58,319 bases of DNA. Source: Pseudomonadota bacterium (lineage in GTDB: Bacteria > Pseudomonadota > Gammaproteobacteria > Steroidobacterales > Steroidobacteraceae). Position 1 is the stretch's first letter. Each line of letters opens with the position of its first letter. The translations under genes were made by a program, and so were the position numbers. Positions 22,771 through 32,380 of the stretch are shown here, in pieces. The notes beneath the pieces are model-generated. The model had not been told where the DNA came from. It ran no database searches and saw nothing but the letters and a program-made list of their open reading frames with translations. Where the stretch lies: positions 1 to 58,319 of the forward strand of contig JAFEDP010000001.1 of NCBI GenBank assembly GCA_018241545.1, given 5' to 3'.

Positions 22771-23018
22771 GACCGAGCCCGAGGCCGAGTGAGCCGCTAG
22801 GTTACGCGCTCCCCATCGCGACGGCACCAGGGCACGGAGCGGGTCGGAGGGTCCGGCGAGCCCCGGCTCGCCGGCCAGCCCCGTGAGCCAGGTCACGCGG
22901 CCGGCCATCGACCGGTGGGCGATACGCCGACGCATGTCAACGGTTCGCGTCCTCGCGCGCTCCTCGCAACACACCGCTCGCGCCGCACGCGACGCACCCA
23001 AGACGAGGAACTGCCACC

Positions 23019-24956
23019 ATGAGCCACGCGCTTGTTCGCACCGCCGTGTCCATCGCCCTGCTCGCCGGAATCGCCGCCTGCGGCGGCGGTGGCGGGACCG
23101 GCAGCCAGATCGCCGGACCCCAGATGGTCACGACCCCCGTCGTCGTCAGCGACGCATCGACCGAGGACTGGGCGATGATCGGGGTAAAGGTACTCTCGAT
23201 CACGCTGGTTCCGCAGGGTGGCGGCAGCCCGGTGAGTGTCTACACGGCCGCCTCGCCGGCGCCAGTGACGAACCTCGCGGCTCTCGACAACATCGCCGAG
23301 CTGCTCGCCAGCGCCTCGATCCCTGCAGGCACCTACTCGGGTGCGACGCTGACGCTCGCCGCGAACCCCGGGGATGTCGTCCTGATCACCTCCGCAGACC
23401 CCGAGCCGGGCTTCGCGGCACCGCCGTCAACCATGATCGCGACGGACGCGATCCAGATTCAGGGGGCAACGGGAGCCAGCGGCAGCAGGACCGTGTCGAC
23501 TTCCATCCGCTTCGACTCGCCGCTGACCATCGCGACTGGTCAGACGACCCCCATCGACGTGGAGTTCGACCTCGCGCATCCGGCCTTCATCGTCGGCCAC
23601 ACGCCGCCGGGTGGTACGACGCTGTGGGCGATCAACTTCAACGGACCGGTGAGGCATCACCGGGTCGCCGACGTCATGCACCTGCTCCTGCGCCATGCCT
23701 ACGGCACGGTCAGCACCGTCGCCACCGACAATGCCAGCATCACGGTCGAGCGTGAGGTTGCGGCAGTGCCCGTCGCGACGCCCGAGACCGCAGTGGCGAC
23801 CGGCCAGACGCTGACGATTCTCGCGGACGGCACCAACGGAACACTCCTGTACGACGTCGATGCACGGACCGCGGCGACCGTCCGGGACTTCTCCGCGGTC
23901 GCGGCCACGCTGCCGGGGAAATTCGTCCGCGTGGCAGCGCGCTACCAGCAGAACGGCACCCTGGTCGCGACGCGGATCTGGACGAGCAGCCAGTTCGACG
24001 GCGTGTGGCTGAGCCCGGAAGGCCACGTGCTGCACGTCGATCCCGCGAGCGACGTGTTCGTCGTCAGCGACGAGCAGGGTCGCCCGGTCCCGCTGACCGT
24101 GGACGCGAACACCGCGTTCTTCTTCCGCACGCCGGCGTCCGCACTCGGTGATACGACCCCGATCGCGGTGGGCCCGGCCTTCCTTGCCGCGCAGCAGCTG
24201 GTGCGCGGGTTCAAGGTGCACGTCTCGGTCGTCGACCCGCTGGCCACGACGCTGGTGGCGCAGACCGTCGACATCGAGACGGCGGCCTTCGACGGACGCA
24301 TCTCGGCCGCCGACTCGACCGGGTTCACCTACACGCGCCGGTTCGCCACGCTCAGCGATGACTACAGCGTGACGCTGCCGTACATCAGCGCCTCCAGCGC
24401 CAACGGCCGGGACGCCGACGGCAATGCCATCTCGGGCTTCAAGTACTGGGAGTTCGCCTATCCGACGCAGGTGACGACAGGGACCGCGGCGATCGCTGAT
24501 TTCGTGAGCGCGACCGGCGCGAGCGTGAACTTCGGTGGCACGGTCGGTTTGATCCCGACGTACGGCGCGAGCTTTGCCCGCTGGGGCGATGCCGCCAACC
24601 CATCCGGGTGGTCGGTGCCCTGGACGGTGCTTGCGCCCGTGCCGCTGCCGCGCGGCACGGTGGTGACCGGGCTTACGGCGAACGCATTCACGATGACCGT
24701 GCCGGGCGGCACGCAGGCAGCCACCATCGACGTCAGTACGGTGGCCGGCGCCGCGACCCTGGTCTACCAGGTGGACCGCACCAACGGCATCGTGACGGTC
24801 AGCCCTCAGGACATCACGACCAGCGCCGGGCTTACCGCGCTCACGGACGGCCTGGCGGTCGGCGCACCAGTCAAGGTGTACGGCGTGCCGCAGGCGGACG
24901 GCACCCTCAGGGCCTACGTCATCACCTACTTCACCGGAACGCTGCCGTCGACTTGA
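23019..24956 (+). CDS. Large lipoprotein, N-terminal DUF4382-like domain
   Basis: 645 aa. Lipobox LLAGIAACGGGGG. N-terminal region VVVSDASTEDWAMIGVKVLSITLVPQGG...AGTYSGATLTL resembles the DUF4382 pattern (from memory). The rest is Thr/Ala/Val-rich and predicted beta-rich. Confidence 0.6.
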   Translation: MSHALVRTAVSIALLAGIAACGGGGGTGSQIAGPQMVTTPVVVSDASTEDWAMIGVKVLSITLVPQGGGSPVSVYTAASPAPVTNLAALDNIAELLASASIPAGTYSGATLTLAANPGDVVLITSADPEPGFAAPPSTMIATDAIQIQGATGASGSRTVSTSIRFDSPLTIATGQTTPIDVEFDLAHPAFIVGHTPPGGTTLWAINFNGPVRHHRVADVMHLLLRHAYGTVSTVATDNASITVEREVAAVPVATPETAVATGQTLTILADGTNGTLLYDVDARTAATVRDFSAVAATLPGKFVRVAARYQQNGTLVATRIWTSSQFDGVWLSPEGHVLHVDPASDVFVVSDEQGRPVPLTVDANTAFFFRTPASALGDTTPIAVGPAFLAAQQLVRGFKVHVSVVDPLATTLVAQTVDIETAAFDGRISAADSTGFTYTRRFATLSDDYSVTLPYISASSANGRDADGNAISGFKYWEFAYPTQVTTGTAAIADFVSATGASVNFGGTVGLIPTYGASFARWGDAANPSGWSVPWTVLAPVPLPRGTVVTGLTANAFTMTVPGGTQAATIDVSTVAGAATLVYQVDRTNGIVTVSPQDITTSAGLTALTDGLAVGAPVKVYGVPQADGTLRAYVITYFTGTLPST

Positions 24957-25083
24957 CGGTGGCATCAGCGGCGGCTGCGCGCGGGTGCGGTGCCGAGCAC
25001 CCCCGCGCGGCCGGGCCTGGCGCCGGACCGCGGCGCGCGCACGTGCGACAATCCCGTGGCCTAAACCCGCTGGGAGTAGCCGC

Positions 25084-26403
25084 GTGCATCTCCGCCTGCT
25101 GCTGTCGATTCTCTTGATCGGATTCGCCACCGCGGCGCCCGCGCCCGCGGCGGAGCCGCCGAGCCGTCCCGGCGTCGATGCGCCGGAGCTTGCCCGTCTG
25201 GGACCGCACGCCGTTGGGGTGCGCTCGCTCACGCTCGTCCACCGCGACCAGCCCGACGTGCTGGGCACCGATCCGCGTACCGGCGCCGTCCCGCGTCGCG
25301 ATCGCCGACTCGTCGTCGACCTGTGGTACCCAGCCTCGCCGCCCCCTGGTAGCCGAGCAGAGACATACGTCGCGTCGCTGCCGTCCGAGCCACCCGCTCC
25401 GCCGGCGGAGTTCTCGATCGCCGGCCTGGCGGTGCGCGACGCGCCGGCCATACCTGGCCGCCATCCGCTGGTCGTCGTCTCGCATGGCTACAGCAACGTA
25501 ACCGCCGCGCTCAGCTGGCTGACCGAGAACCTGGCGTCCAAGGGCTACGTGGTTGCGGCGATCCGCCATGACGACCCGCCGATCAGCGACCGCTCCAAGT
25601 CGCCGGCCGTCTGGCTGCGCCGGCCCATCGACATCGGCTTCGTCGCCCGCTCGCTGCAGGACTCGCTCGGCCGTGACGGCCTGGTGGATCCATCGCGAAC
25701 GGCGCTGGTGGGGTACTCGATGGGTGGCTACGGCGTGCTGACGAGTGGTGGCGCCGCGCTCGACCCGGCCGGCATGCTCGTCACGCGAATGCCGGGCGGG
25801 TTACTGGCTCCGTACGCCCGGGGTGGCGGTCAGCGAGGCGAAGTCCTGGTGGGCGGCCTGCGCGCGATCGTCGCGATTGCCCCCGCAGGTGGTGCGGCGG
25901 GTGCATGGGACGCGGCGGGCCTCGCCGAGATCTCGGCGCCGCTGCTACTGATCGCCGGCGACTGTGACCGCACGGTGGACTACGCGACCGGCGCACGGGC
26001 GTTCTTCGAGGCGGCGCGTCACGCACCGCGCTACCTGCTGACGTTCCGCAACGGCGGTCACAACCTTGGGCTCGCGCCGGTTCCAGAGGAAATGCGGCAT
26101 CGACTCTGGGACCTCGACTGGTTCGAGGATCCGGTGTGGCGCAAGGACCGAATCGTCGCAATCAACCTGCACATGATCACCGCATTCCTCGACCGCTACG
26201 TGCGCGACGACCTGAGCCGCGCCAGCTACCTCGATGGCCTCGTCCCGGATTCCGGCACTGGTCAGTGGCCTGCCGAGCGCGTGGGCGCCTGGGACGCCGT
26301 GAGTCCCGGCACCGACGGGATCACCGTATGGAAGGGATTCCAGCGACGCCACGCGGAGGGTCTCGAGCTTCGCCATGCCGAGGCCGCGCCGCGCCCAGAC
26401 TGA
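25084..26403 (+). CDS. Secreted alpha/beta hydrolase (dienelactone hydrolase / PAF-acetylhydrolase-like)
   Basis: GTG at 25084 gives signal peptide VHLRLLLSILLIGFATAAPAPA. Nucleophile elbow GYSMGGYG. The track ORF starts at ATG 24985, but that extension is Arg-rich and has no signal peptide. Confidence 0.7.
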   Translation: MHLRLLLSILLIGFATAAPAPAAEPPSRPGVDAPELARLGPHAVGVRSLTLVHRDQPDVLGTDPRTGAVPRRDRRLVVDLWYPASPPPGSRAETYVASLPSEPPAPPAEFSIAGLAVRDAPAIPGRHPLVVVSHGYSNVTAALSWLTENLASKGYVVAAIRHDDPPISDRSKSPAVWLRRPIDIGFVARSLQDSLGRDGLVDPSRTALVGYSMGGYGVLTSGGAALDPAGMLVTRMPGGLLAPYARGGGQRGEVLVGGLRAIVAIAPAGGAAGAWDAAGLAEISAPLLLIAGDCDRTVDYATGARAFFEAARHAPRYLLTFRNGGHNLGLAPVPEEMRHRLWDLDWFEDPVWRKDRIVAINLHMITAFLDRYVRDDLSRASYLDGLVPDSGTGQWPAERVGAWDAVSPGTDGITVWKGFQRRHAEGLELRHAEAAPRPD

Positions 26404-26428
26404 AACGCCTGGAGCGCCACCCGCTCGC

Positions 26429-26503
26429 TTGACAGGCCGCAGGTGGCCTCGGTAGCTTTTTCGGTCGTATATTATCGGTAATCGAATTTTACGCATCGAA
26501 TCG
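26429..26503 (+). promoter_or_regulatory. Candidate sigma70 promoter plus AT-rich operator-like segment upstream of the IclR gene
   Basis: Perfect TTGACA at 26429-26434, an 18 nt spacer, then TAGCTT at 26453-26458. This is followed by the most AT-rich stretch I noticed in the window (26455-26503), carrying ATCGAAT twice (26481-26487 and 26495-26501, 14 nt apart). Confidence 0.4.
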
Positions 26504-26521
26504 CGGGTAGCAGCACCAGCC

Positions 26522-27352
26522 ATGCCAGCCATCCGGCGCGCGCTTCGCAGCTCTTCGGTCGACGCGACTCGCGCCGACCGCGACCCGCTGTTCAACCAGT
26601 CGGTCGAGAAGGCCTTCGCGGTCCTGGCCGCCTACTCGGGCGAACGCCGCGCCCTCAATCTCGCCGAGATCTCGGCGGCGGCACGCATGACCACGAGCTC
26701 GGCCCAGCGTTGCGTGCACACGCTGGTGCGGCTCGGCTACCTGCGGCGCGACGAGCAGCTGCGGCGCTGGGTCCTGACGGCGCGTACGCTCGACCTCGGC
26801 TACCCGTATCTGGCCGGGCATCGCGTGATCGAGCAGGCGACGATGCACCTGGTCGACCTGAACCAGTCCTGCGGCGAGTCCGTGAGCCTCTCGGAACGCG
26901 ACGGTACGGACATGGTGTTCGTCGCCCGCTTCCCGAGCCACAAGCGGTTCATCATCCACATGCCGGTCGGGCGACGCCTGCCCATGTACTGCACGGCCGC
27001 TGGCCGCGCCTACCTGTCGGCACTGCCGGACGACGAGGTGCGCGAGATTCTGCGGCAATCGCCGCTGCGCGCATTCACGCCGCATACGCTGACGGACCCG
27101 TCGCGAATCCTCGACATCGTCAACGAGGCGCGCGAGCTCGGCTACGCGTGGGCGAGCCAGGAGTGCTATCGCGGCGACCTGACCATCGGCGCACCCATCC
27201 TGGGCGCGCACGGGCAACCAGTGGCTGCGGTCAACGTGTCGGGGCCGACCAGCCGCTGGACGCTGGAGGAGCTTCGCCAGCGACTGGCGCCGCTCCTGAT
27301 CGAGACTGCGCGCGCGGCCTCCGGGACCGTTGGCGCCTCGCGGCGCGGCTAG
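26522..27352 (+). CDS. IclR-family transcriptional regulator
   Basis: 276 aa. N-terminal winged HTH (LNLAEISAAARMTTSSAQRCVHTLVRLGYL). C-terminal effector domain with MYCTAAGRAYLS and AAVNVSGP blocks. Confidence 0.9.
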   Translation: MPAIRRALRSSSVDATRADRDPLFNQSVEKAFAVLAAYSGERRALNLAEISAAARMTTSSAQRCVHTLVRLGYLRRDEQLRRWVLTARTLDLGYPYLAGHRVIEQATMHLVDLNQSCGESVSLSERDGTDMVFVARFPSHKRFIIHMPVGRRLPMYCTAAGRAYLSALPDDEVREILRQSPLRAFTPHTLTDPSRILDIVNEARELGYAWASQECYRGDLTIGAPILGAHGQPVAAVNVSGPTSRWTLEELRQRLAPLLIETARAASGTVGASRRG

Positions 27353-27421
27353 CCCCGCGCCGCGCGCAAGGGTCGTCCGAGGCCCATCCGCCGCTTCGCC
27401 GCCGGGCTGCGGATGAGCGGC

Positions 27422-27664
27422 TCAGGTCGCGCCGCGGCTGCGAGTGAGCGCGTACACGGTCAGTGCCAGCCATATCCCGTTGAGGAACACCGAGGGAAAG
27501 GCGCCGTTCCACGCGCTGTTGATCATGAGCCCGAGCGATCCCGCGCCATTCAGCCACTGGTAGCTCGAGGAAGCGGCGGCAACCCGCCGCGTCGTCAGCA
27601 ATCCGTAGGCGAGGAGCACCATCACGGCGCCGACCCACCCGATACCCTCGATCATCAGCCTCAT
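27422..27664 (-). CDS. Small integral membrane protein (two to three TM helices)
   Basis: Start MRLMIEGIGWVGAVMVLLAYGLL at 27664 (the track ORF extends to 27685). Hydrophobic throughout. No functional motif recognised. Confidence 0.5.
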   Translation of the reverse strand: MRLMIEGIGWVGAVMVLLAYGLLTTRRVAAASSSYQWLNGAGSLGLMINSAWNGAFPSVFLNGIWLALTVYALTRSRGAT

Positions 27665-27868
27665 GGCACGCCAGCCTCCCCGCATCGGCCGCTGTCACCG
27701 TCGTCGCGGTGCCAGACGAATCATCTCCCGATCCACGGCCCGGCGCCCGCGGTCGACGCCCGCGGACGATTAATTTCGATTAAGGTCGGTCGGCGGCCGG
27801 CCTCCTGACGCGTTGCAGGGCTGCGGGTACCCTTTCCGTCCCGCGATCGCACGAGAGCCACGCCCGCC

Positions 27869-29440
27869 GTGACGCCGTCCGACTTGCCCCGCTGCCCGCA
27901 CCGGCGCCTCGCCGCGGCATACGCCCTCCTGGCCGCGGCGCTGCTGCTGGCAGCCTGCGCGGCGCAGCCGCCCGCCGCCACGGCGGCGCGGCCGGTCGCG
28001 CCCGACCCGGCGGCGGTCGCGTGGCTGGAACGTGTCACGTATGGCATCGACGCCGAGGCGCTGGACCAGTACCAGCGGCTGGGCGCGCACGGCTACCTCG
28101 CCGCGCAGCTGGGCGGGAAGGCGCGCTCCCTGCCCGCGGCGGTCACGGCGCAGATCGACCAGCTCGACATCAGCCATGCGGATGGCGCCGCCCTGCTCGA
28201 ATCCGCGGTTGCCGAGCGCAAGCGCATACAAGCGATCGAAGACCCGTCGGCGAAGGAGGATGCCCGCAAGGCTCTCAACGAGCGCGGCAATCACCTGGCC
28301 TACGAGGCTACCCGGCGCCAGCTGCTGCGCGCGATCTACTCGCCCGACCAGCTGCGCGAGCAGATGGTGTGGTTCTGGCTGAACCACTTCAGCGTCCATC
28401 TCTACAAGGCCAACGTGCGCTGGCTGGTGGCCGACTACGAGGAACGCGCCATCCGGCCGCACGTCTTCGGTCGCTTCCGAGACCTCGTGCTCGCGACGCT
28501 CACCCATCCGGCGATGCTCGAGTACCTCGACAACGCGCGCAACGCCGCCGGCCACATCAACGAGAACTACGCGCGCGAGCTCATGGAACTGCACACGCTG
28601 GGCGTCGACGGCGGCTACACGCAGGACGACGTGCAGTCGCTGGCGCGGATCCTGACCGGCGTCGGCATACGGGCAGAGGGGCCCGAGCCGCGACTGCGGC
28701 GCGACTGGCAGCCGCTGTACCGCCGCGCGGGCGCCTTCGAGTTCAATCCGGCGCGTCATGACTTCTCGACCAAGCGCCTGCTGGGCGAGACGGTCTCGGG
28801 GCGGGGCTTCGGCGAGGTCGAACAGGCCGTCGACCTGCTGGTGCGCCAGCCAGCCTGCGCCCGCTTCGTGGCGCGCCGCCTCGCTGTGTATTTCGTGGCC
28901 GACGAGCCCGGCGCCGCACTGGTCGACCGCCTGGCCGACACGTTTCGCCGCACCGACGGGGACATCGCGGCCGTGCTGCGCACGCTGTTCACCGCGCCCG
29001 AGTTCCGTCCTTCGCCAGGCACCAAGTTCAAGGATCCGATGCACTACGTGGTGTCCGCGATCCGCCTCGCCTACGACGGACAGGTGATCACCAACTCCCG
29101 CCCGCTGCTCAACTGGCTGCGGGCGCTGGGCGAGGTGCCGTGGGGCCGACAGACGCCGGACGGCTATCCGCTCGACGAAGCCGGCTGGGCGAGTTCCGGC
29201 CAGCTGACGCGGCGCTTCGAGATCGCGCGCGCGATCGGCAGTGGCGCAGCCACCTTGTTCGACACGGAAGATGGCACCGGGACGGGAGGCGCTGGCTTCC
29301 CGCAGCTGGCCGGCCACGTGTACTTCGACACGATCGAGCCGCGCCTCGGCACGGCGACCAGGCAGGCGCTCGCGCAGGCGCGCTCGCAGGCCGACTGGAA
29401 CACCTTTCTGCTCTCGTCACCCGAGTTCAACTACCGCTAG
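27869..29440 (+). CDS. DUF1800-family protein (lipoprotein signal)
   Basis: 523 aa with a GTG start and lipobox LLLAACAAQ. Blocks WFWLNHFSV, ENYARELMELHTLGVDGGYTQDDV and PDGYP match my recollection of DUF1800. Confidence 0.75.
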   Translation: MTPSDLPRCPHRRLAAAYALLAAALLLAACAAQPPAATAARPVAPDPAAVAWLERVTYGIDAEALDQYQRLGAHGYLAAQLGGKARSLPAAVTAQIDQLDISHADGAALLESAVAERKRIQAIEDPSAKEDARKALNERGNHLAYEATRRQLLRAIYSPDQLREQMVWFWLNHFSVHLYKANVRWLVADYEERAIRPHVFGRFRDLVLATLTHPAMLEYLDNARNAAGHINENYARELMELHTLGVDGGYTQDDVQSLARILTGVGIRAEGPEPRLRRDWQPLYRRAGAFEFNPARHDFSTKRLLGETVSGRGFGEVEQAVDLLVRQPACARFVARRLAVYFVADEPGAALVDRLADTFRRTDGDIAAVLRTLFTAPEFRPSPGTKFKDPMHYVVSAIRLAYDGQVITNSRPLLNWLRALGEVPWGRQTPDGYPLDEAGWASSGQLTRRFEIARAIGSGAATLFDTEDGTGTGGAGFPQLAGHVYFDTIEPRLGTATRQALAQARSQADWNTFLLSSPEFNYR

Positions 29441-29452
29441 CGGACCGCCGCC

Positions 29453-30640
29453 ATGAACCGCCGCCACCTCGTTGCCACGCTCGCTTCGCTGCCGGCCCTC
29501 GCGTGCGCCGGCCGCCTCTACGCCGCGGGGCGTGACTCGGCACGGTTCCTGCTGGTATTCCTCCGCGGCGGATACGACTGCGCGAGCCTGCTCGTGCCGT
29601 ACTCGAGCGACTTCTACTACGCTGCGCGGCCGCGGATCGCCATCCCGCGACCCGTACCCGGTTCCGCGTCCGGCGCGGTCGCTCTGGACGGCGCCTGGGC
29701 GCTCGCGCCCTGCGTCCGCGACACGCTCGGGGAACTGTACGCGCGCGGGCAGCTGGCATTCGTCCCGTTTGCCGGCAGCGAGGACACCTCGCGCAGCCAC
29801 TTCGAGACCCAGGACACGCTCGAGCTCGGGCAGCCGCCGTCGGGCGTCCGCGACTTCCGTTCGGGCGTCCTCGCACGATTGAGCGGCGTGCTCACGGGCG
29901 TCGCGCCGATCGCGTTCACGGATTCGCTGCCGCTCGCGTTTCGGGGCCATGCTGACATCCCCAACATTTCGCTACGCTCCGCCGGCCGTACCGCCATCGA
30001 CCCGCGCCAGGCCGCCGTCCTCGAGGGCATGTACGCCCATCACCCGCTCGGCGCGGCCGTGGCCGACGGATTCGAGCTGCGCCAGGAGGTGGCGCGCACG
30101 CTGCAGGAGGAGATGGCGGCGTCGAGCCGCGGAGCCGTGACGACGAAGGGCTTCGAGCTCGAGGCCGCGCGCATGGCGCACCTCATGCGCGAGCAGTACG
30201 GGCTCGGCTTCGTGGATGTCGGCGGCTGGGACACGCACGTCAACCAGGGTGCGACGGCCGGCACGCTCGCCACCAATCTCGACAGCCTCGGTCGCGGGCT
30301 GCGGGCGTTCGCCGATGGCATGGGTGATGAGTGGCGCAGGACCGTGGTGCTCGTCGTTTCCGAGTTCGGCCGCACGTTTCGGGAGAACGGCAACGGCGGC
30401 ACCGACCATGGGCATGGCTCGGTCTACTGGGTGCTCGGCGGCGCGGTTCGCGGCGGCCGCATCGCCGGCAGCCAGGTACCCATCGTGCCCGGCTCGCTGT
30501 TCCAGGACCGCGACTACCCGGTCCTCAACCCGTATCGCGGCGTGCTGGCGGGCCTGTTCCGCACGCTCTGGGACCTCACGCCCGCGCAACTGGAGCGCAT
30601 CCTCCCGGGCGCGCCGGCCCTGGACCTCGGGCTCGCCTGA
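29453..30640 (+). CDS. DUF1501-family protein (sulfatase/alkaline-phosphatase-like fold), Tat signal
   Basis: 395 aa. MNRRHLVATLASLPALA twin-arginine-type signal. GGWDTHVNQ and SEFGRTFRENGNGGTDHGHG blocks typical of DUF1501. Starts 12 nt after the DUF1800 gene. Confidence 0.8.
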   Translation: MNRRHLVATLASLPALACAGRLYAAGRDSARFLLVFLRGGYDCASLLVPYSSDFYYAARPRIAIPRPVPGSASGAVALDGAWALAPCVRDTLGELYARGQLAFVPFAGSEDTSRSHFETQDTLELGQPPSGVRDFRSGVLARLSGVLTGVAPIAFTDSLPLAFRGHADIPNISLRSAGRTAIDPRQAAVLEGMYAHHPLGAAVADGFELRQEVARTLQEEMAASSRGAVTTKGFELEAARMAHLMREQYGLGFVDVGGWDTHVNQGATAGTLATNLDSLGRGLRAFADGMGDEWRRTVVLVVSEFGRTFRENGNGGTDHGHGSVYWVLGGAVRGGRIAGSQVPIVPGSLFQDRDYPVLNPYRGVLAGLFRTLWDLTPAQLERILPGAPALDLGLA

Positions 30641-30712
30641 GGAGCCCGCCCTTGAAGAGCTGCCGTTGAGACGCCATCTCGACCGGGTGTTCGGGCGGGT
30701 GTGGAGTCGGCG

Positions 30713-31174
30713 ATGGATGTGGACGCGACGGGCGGACCGGTGGTGACGGCGGCGTGCCCGCAGTGCCTGCGGTCGGTGCGCGTGCCCGCGTCCCGACTCG
30801 CGGATGACCCGCGCTGCCCCGCCTGCAAGGTGTCGCTGCTGCCGGGCCAGCCCATCGACCTCGAGGACGCGGCATTCGAGCGCTTCGTCGCACGCAGCGC
30901 ACTGCCTGTTCTCGTCGACTTCTGGGCCCCGTGGTGCGGCCCGTGCCGGACATTCGCGCCGGTGCTCGAAGACGCGGCGGCAGACCTGGCGCCTGGACTG
31001 GTCGTCGCCAAGGTCAATACCGACGCTGCTCCGCACACGGCGGCACGCCTGGGGATTCGCAGCATTCCCACTCTCGCGCTGTTCCGGGGCGGGCGCGAGA
31101 TCGCCCGCCAGGCCGGATCGCTGCCAGCGAGCGCGCTGCGTCAGTGGCTGCGCCAGCAGGGCATCGCCGCCTGA
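30713..31174 (+). CDS. trxC: Thioredoxin 2 (zinc-finger thioredoxin)
   Basis: N-terminal CPQC...CPAC zinc-finger pairs followed by the WAPWCGPCR active site. ATG at 30713 (the track ORF begins at GTG 30701). Confidence 0.9.
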   Translation: MDVDATGGPVVTAACPQCLRSVRVPASRLADDPRCPACKVSLLPGQPIDLEDAAFERFVARSALPVLVDFWAPWCGPCRTFAPVLEDAAADLAPGLVVAKVNTDAAPHTAARLGIRSIPTLALFRGGREIARQAGSLPASALRQWLRQQGIAA

Positions 31175-31314
31175 GGCGCGTCGGCGGCCGATGGCCGCTG
31201 GCGGGTACCCGCCCTGCGCAGCACCGCGCCTCGACTTCGGGTTAGGATCGCGATCCCCGGGCCGCGCCCGGGCCCCAGGCCGGCGTGCAGCGCCGGCGCC
31301 GTCCCGAGGCTGGC

Positions 31315-32370
31315 ATGTCGGATCGCCTGTCGAGTCTATTGTCCACCCGCCCGTGGGTACTCGCCGACGGGGCCACGGGCACCAACCTGTTCGCGATGGG
31401 ACTCGTGTCCGGCGACGCGCCGGAGCTGTGGAACGTCGACCACCCGGAACGGATCGCGGCGCTTCACCGCGGCTTCATCGAGGCCGGCGCGGACATCGTC
31501 CTGACCAACAGCTTCGGCGGCTCGCGCTACCGGCTCAAGCTGCATCACGCCGAGGCTCGCGTGCACGAGCTGAACTCGGCGGCCGCACGGATCGCGCGCG
31601 CCGAGGCGGACGCCGCCGGCCGCACGGTCGTCGTCGCGGGCAGCATGGGTCCGACCGGCGAGATCCTCGAGCCGCTCGGACCGCTGAGCGCCGCCGATGC
31701 CGCATCGGCGTTCGCCGAACAGGCGGCCGCGCTCGCCGCAGGCGGAGCCGACGTGCTCTGGATCGAGACGATGTCGTCGCGGGAGGAGGTCGAGGCGGCG
31801 ATCCAGGGCGCGCGCGCCACGGGCCTGCCGATCGTGAGCACGCTCAGCTTCGACACCAATGGCCGGACGATGATGTCGCTGATGCCCAGCGAGCTCGCCG
31901 CGATCCACCGGGCCCACGGGCTGCTCGCCTGCGGCAGCAACTGCGGCGTCGGGCCGTCGGAGCTCGTGGCGTCGATCGTGAACCTCGCCAACGCCTCCGA
32001 TCCGTCCGCCGTGCTCGTGGCCAAATCCAACTGCGGACTGCCGCAGTACGTCGATGGCGCCATCCGCTACGACGGCACGCCCGAATTGATGGGCGCTTAC
32101 GCCTGCCTCGCCTACGACGCGGGCGCGCGGATCATCGGCGGGTGCTGCGGCACGACGCCGGCGCACCTGCGGGCGATGCGCACTGCGCTCGAAGGCCATG
32201 TCCGCGGCACGCGGCCCGACGCCGCGGTGATCGAGTCGACCCTCGGCAACCTGACCAACGGCGCGCGCGCGCAGCTGCGCGGTGATCTCGATCGCGCTTC
32301 AGGCGCCGCCGCACCGGGCGCGCGGCGATCGACCAGCCGGCGCGGCGCCGGGCGTGCGAACGACGCCTGA
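31315..32370 (+). CDS. Homocysteine S-methyltransferase family protein (betaine- or methyl-donor-dependent)
   Basis: ATG at 31315 (MSDRLSSLL). LADGATGTNLF N-terminal block and GGCCGTTPAHL zinc-site motif of the S-methyl_trans domain. Confidence 0.8.
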   Translation: MSDRLSSLLSTRPWVLADGATGTNLFAMGLVSGDAPELWNVDHPERIAALHRGFIEAGADIVLTNSFGGSRYRLKLHHAEARVHELNSAAARIARAEADAAGRTVVVAGSMGPTGEILEPLGPLSAADAASAFAEQAAALAAGGADVLWIETMSSREEVEAAIQGARATGLPIVSTLSFDTNGRTMMSLMPSELAAIHRAHGLLACGSNCGVGPSELVASIVNLANASDPSAVLVAKSNCGLPQYVDGAIRYDGTPELMGAYACLAYDAGARIIGGCCGTTPAHLRAMRTALEGHVRGTRPDAAVIESTLGNLTNGARAQLRGDLDRASGAAAPGARRSTSRRGAGRANDA

Positions 32371-32380
32371 CGTTGGCGTA

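Noticed and set aside
24985-25083. ATG start at 24985 for the secreted hydrolase
   Set aside because: The 33 extra residues are Arg-rich (MRCRAPPRGRAWRRTAARARA) and would bury the obvious signal peptide that begins at the GTG at 25084. I kept 25084 as the start, but this needs experimental or comparative confirmation.
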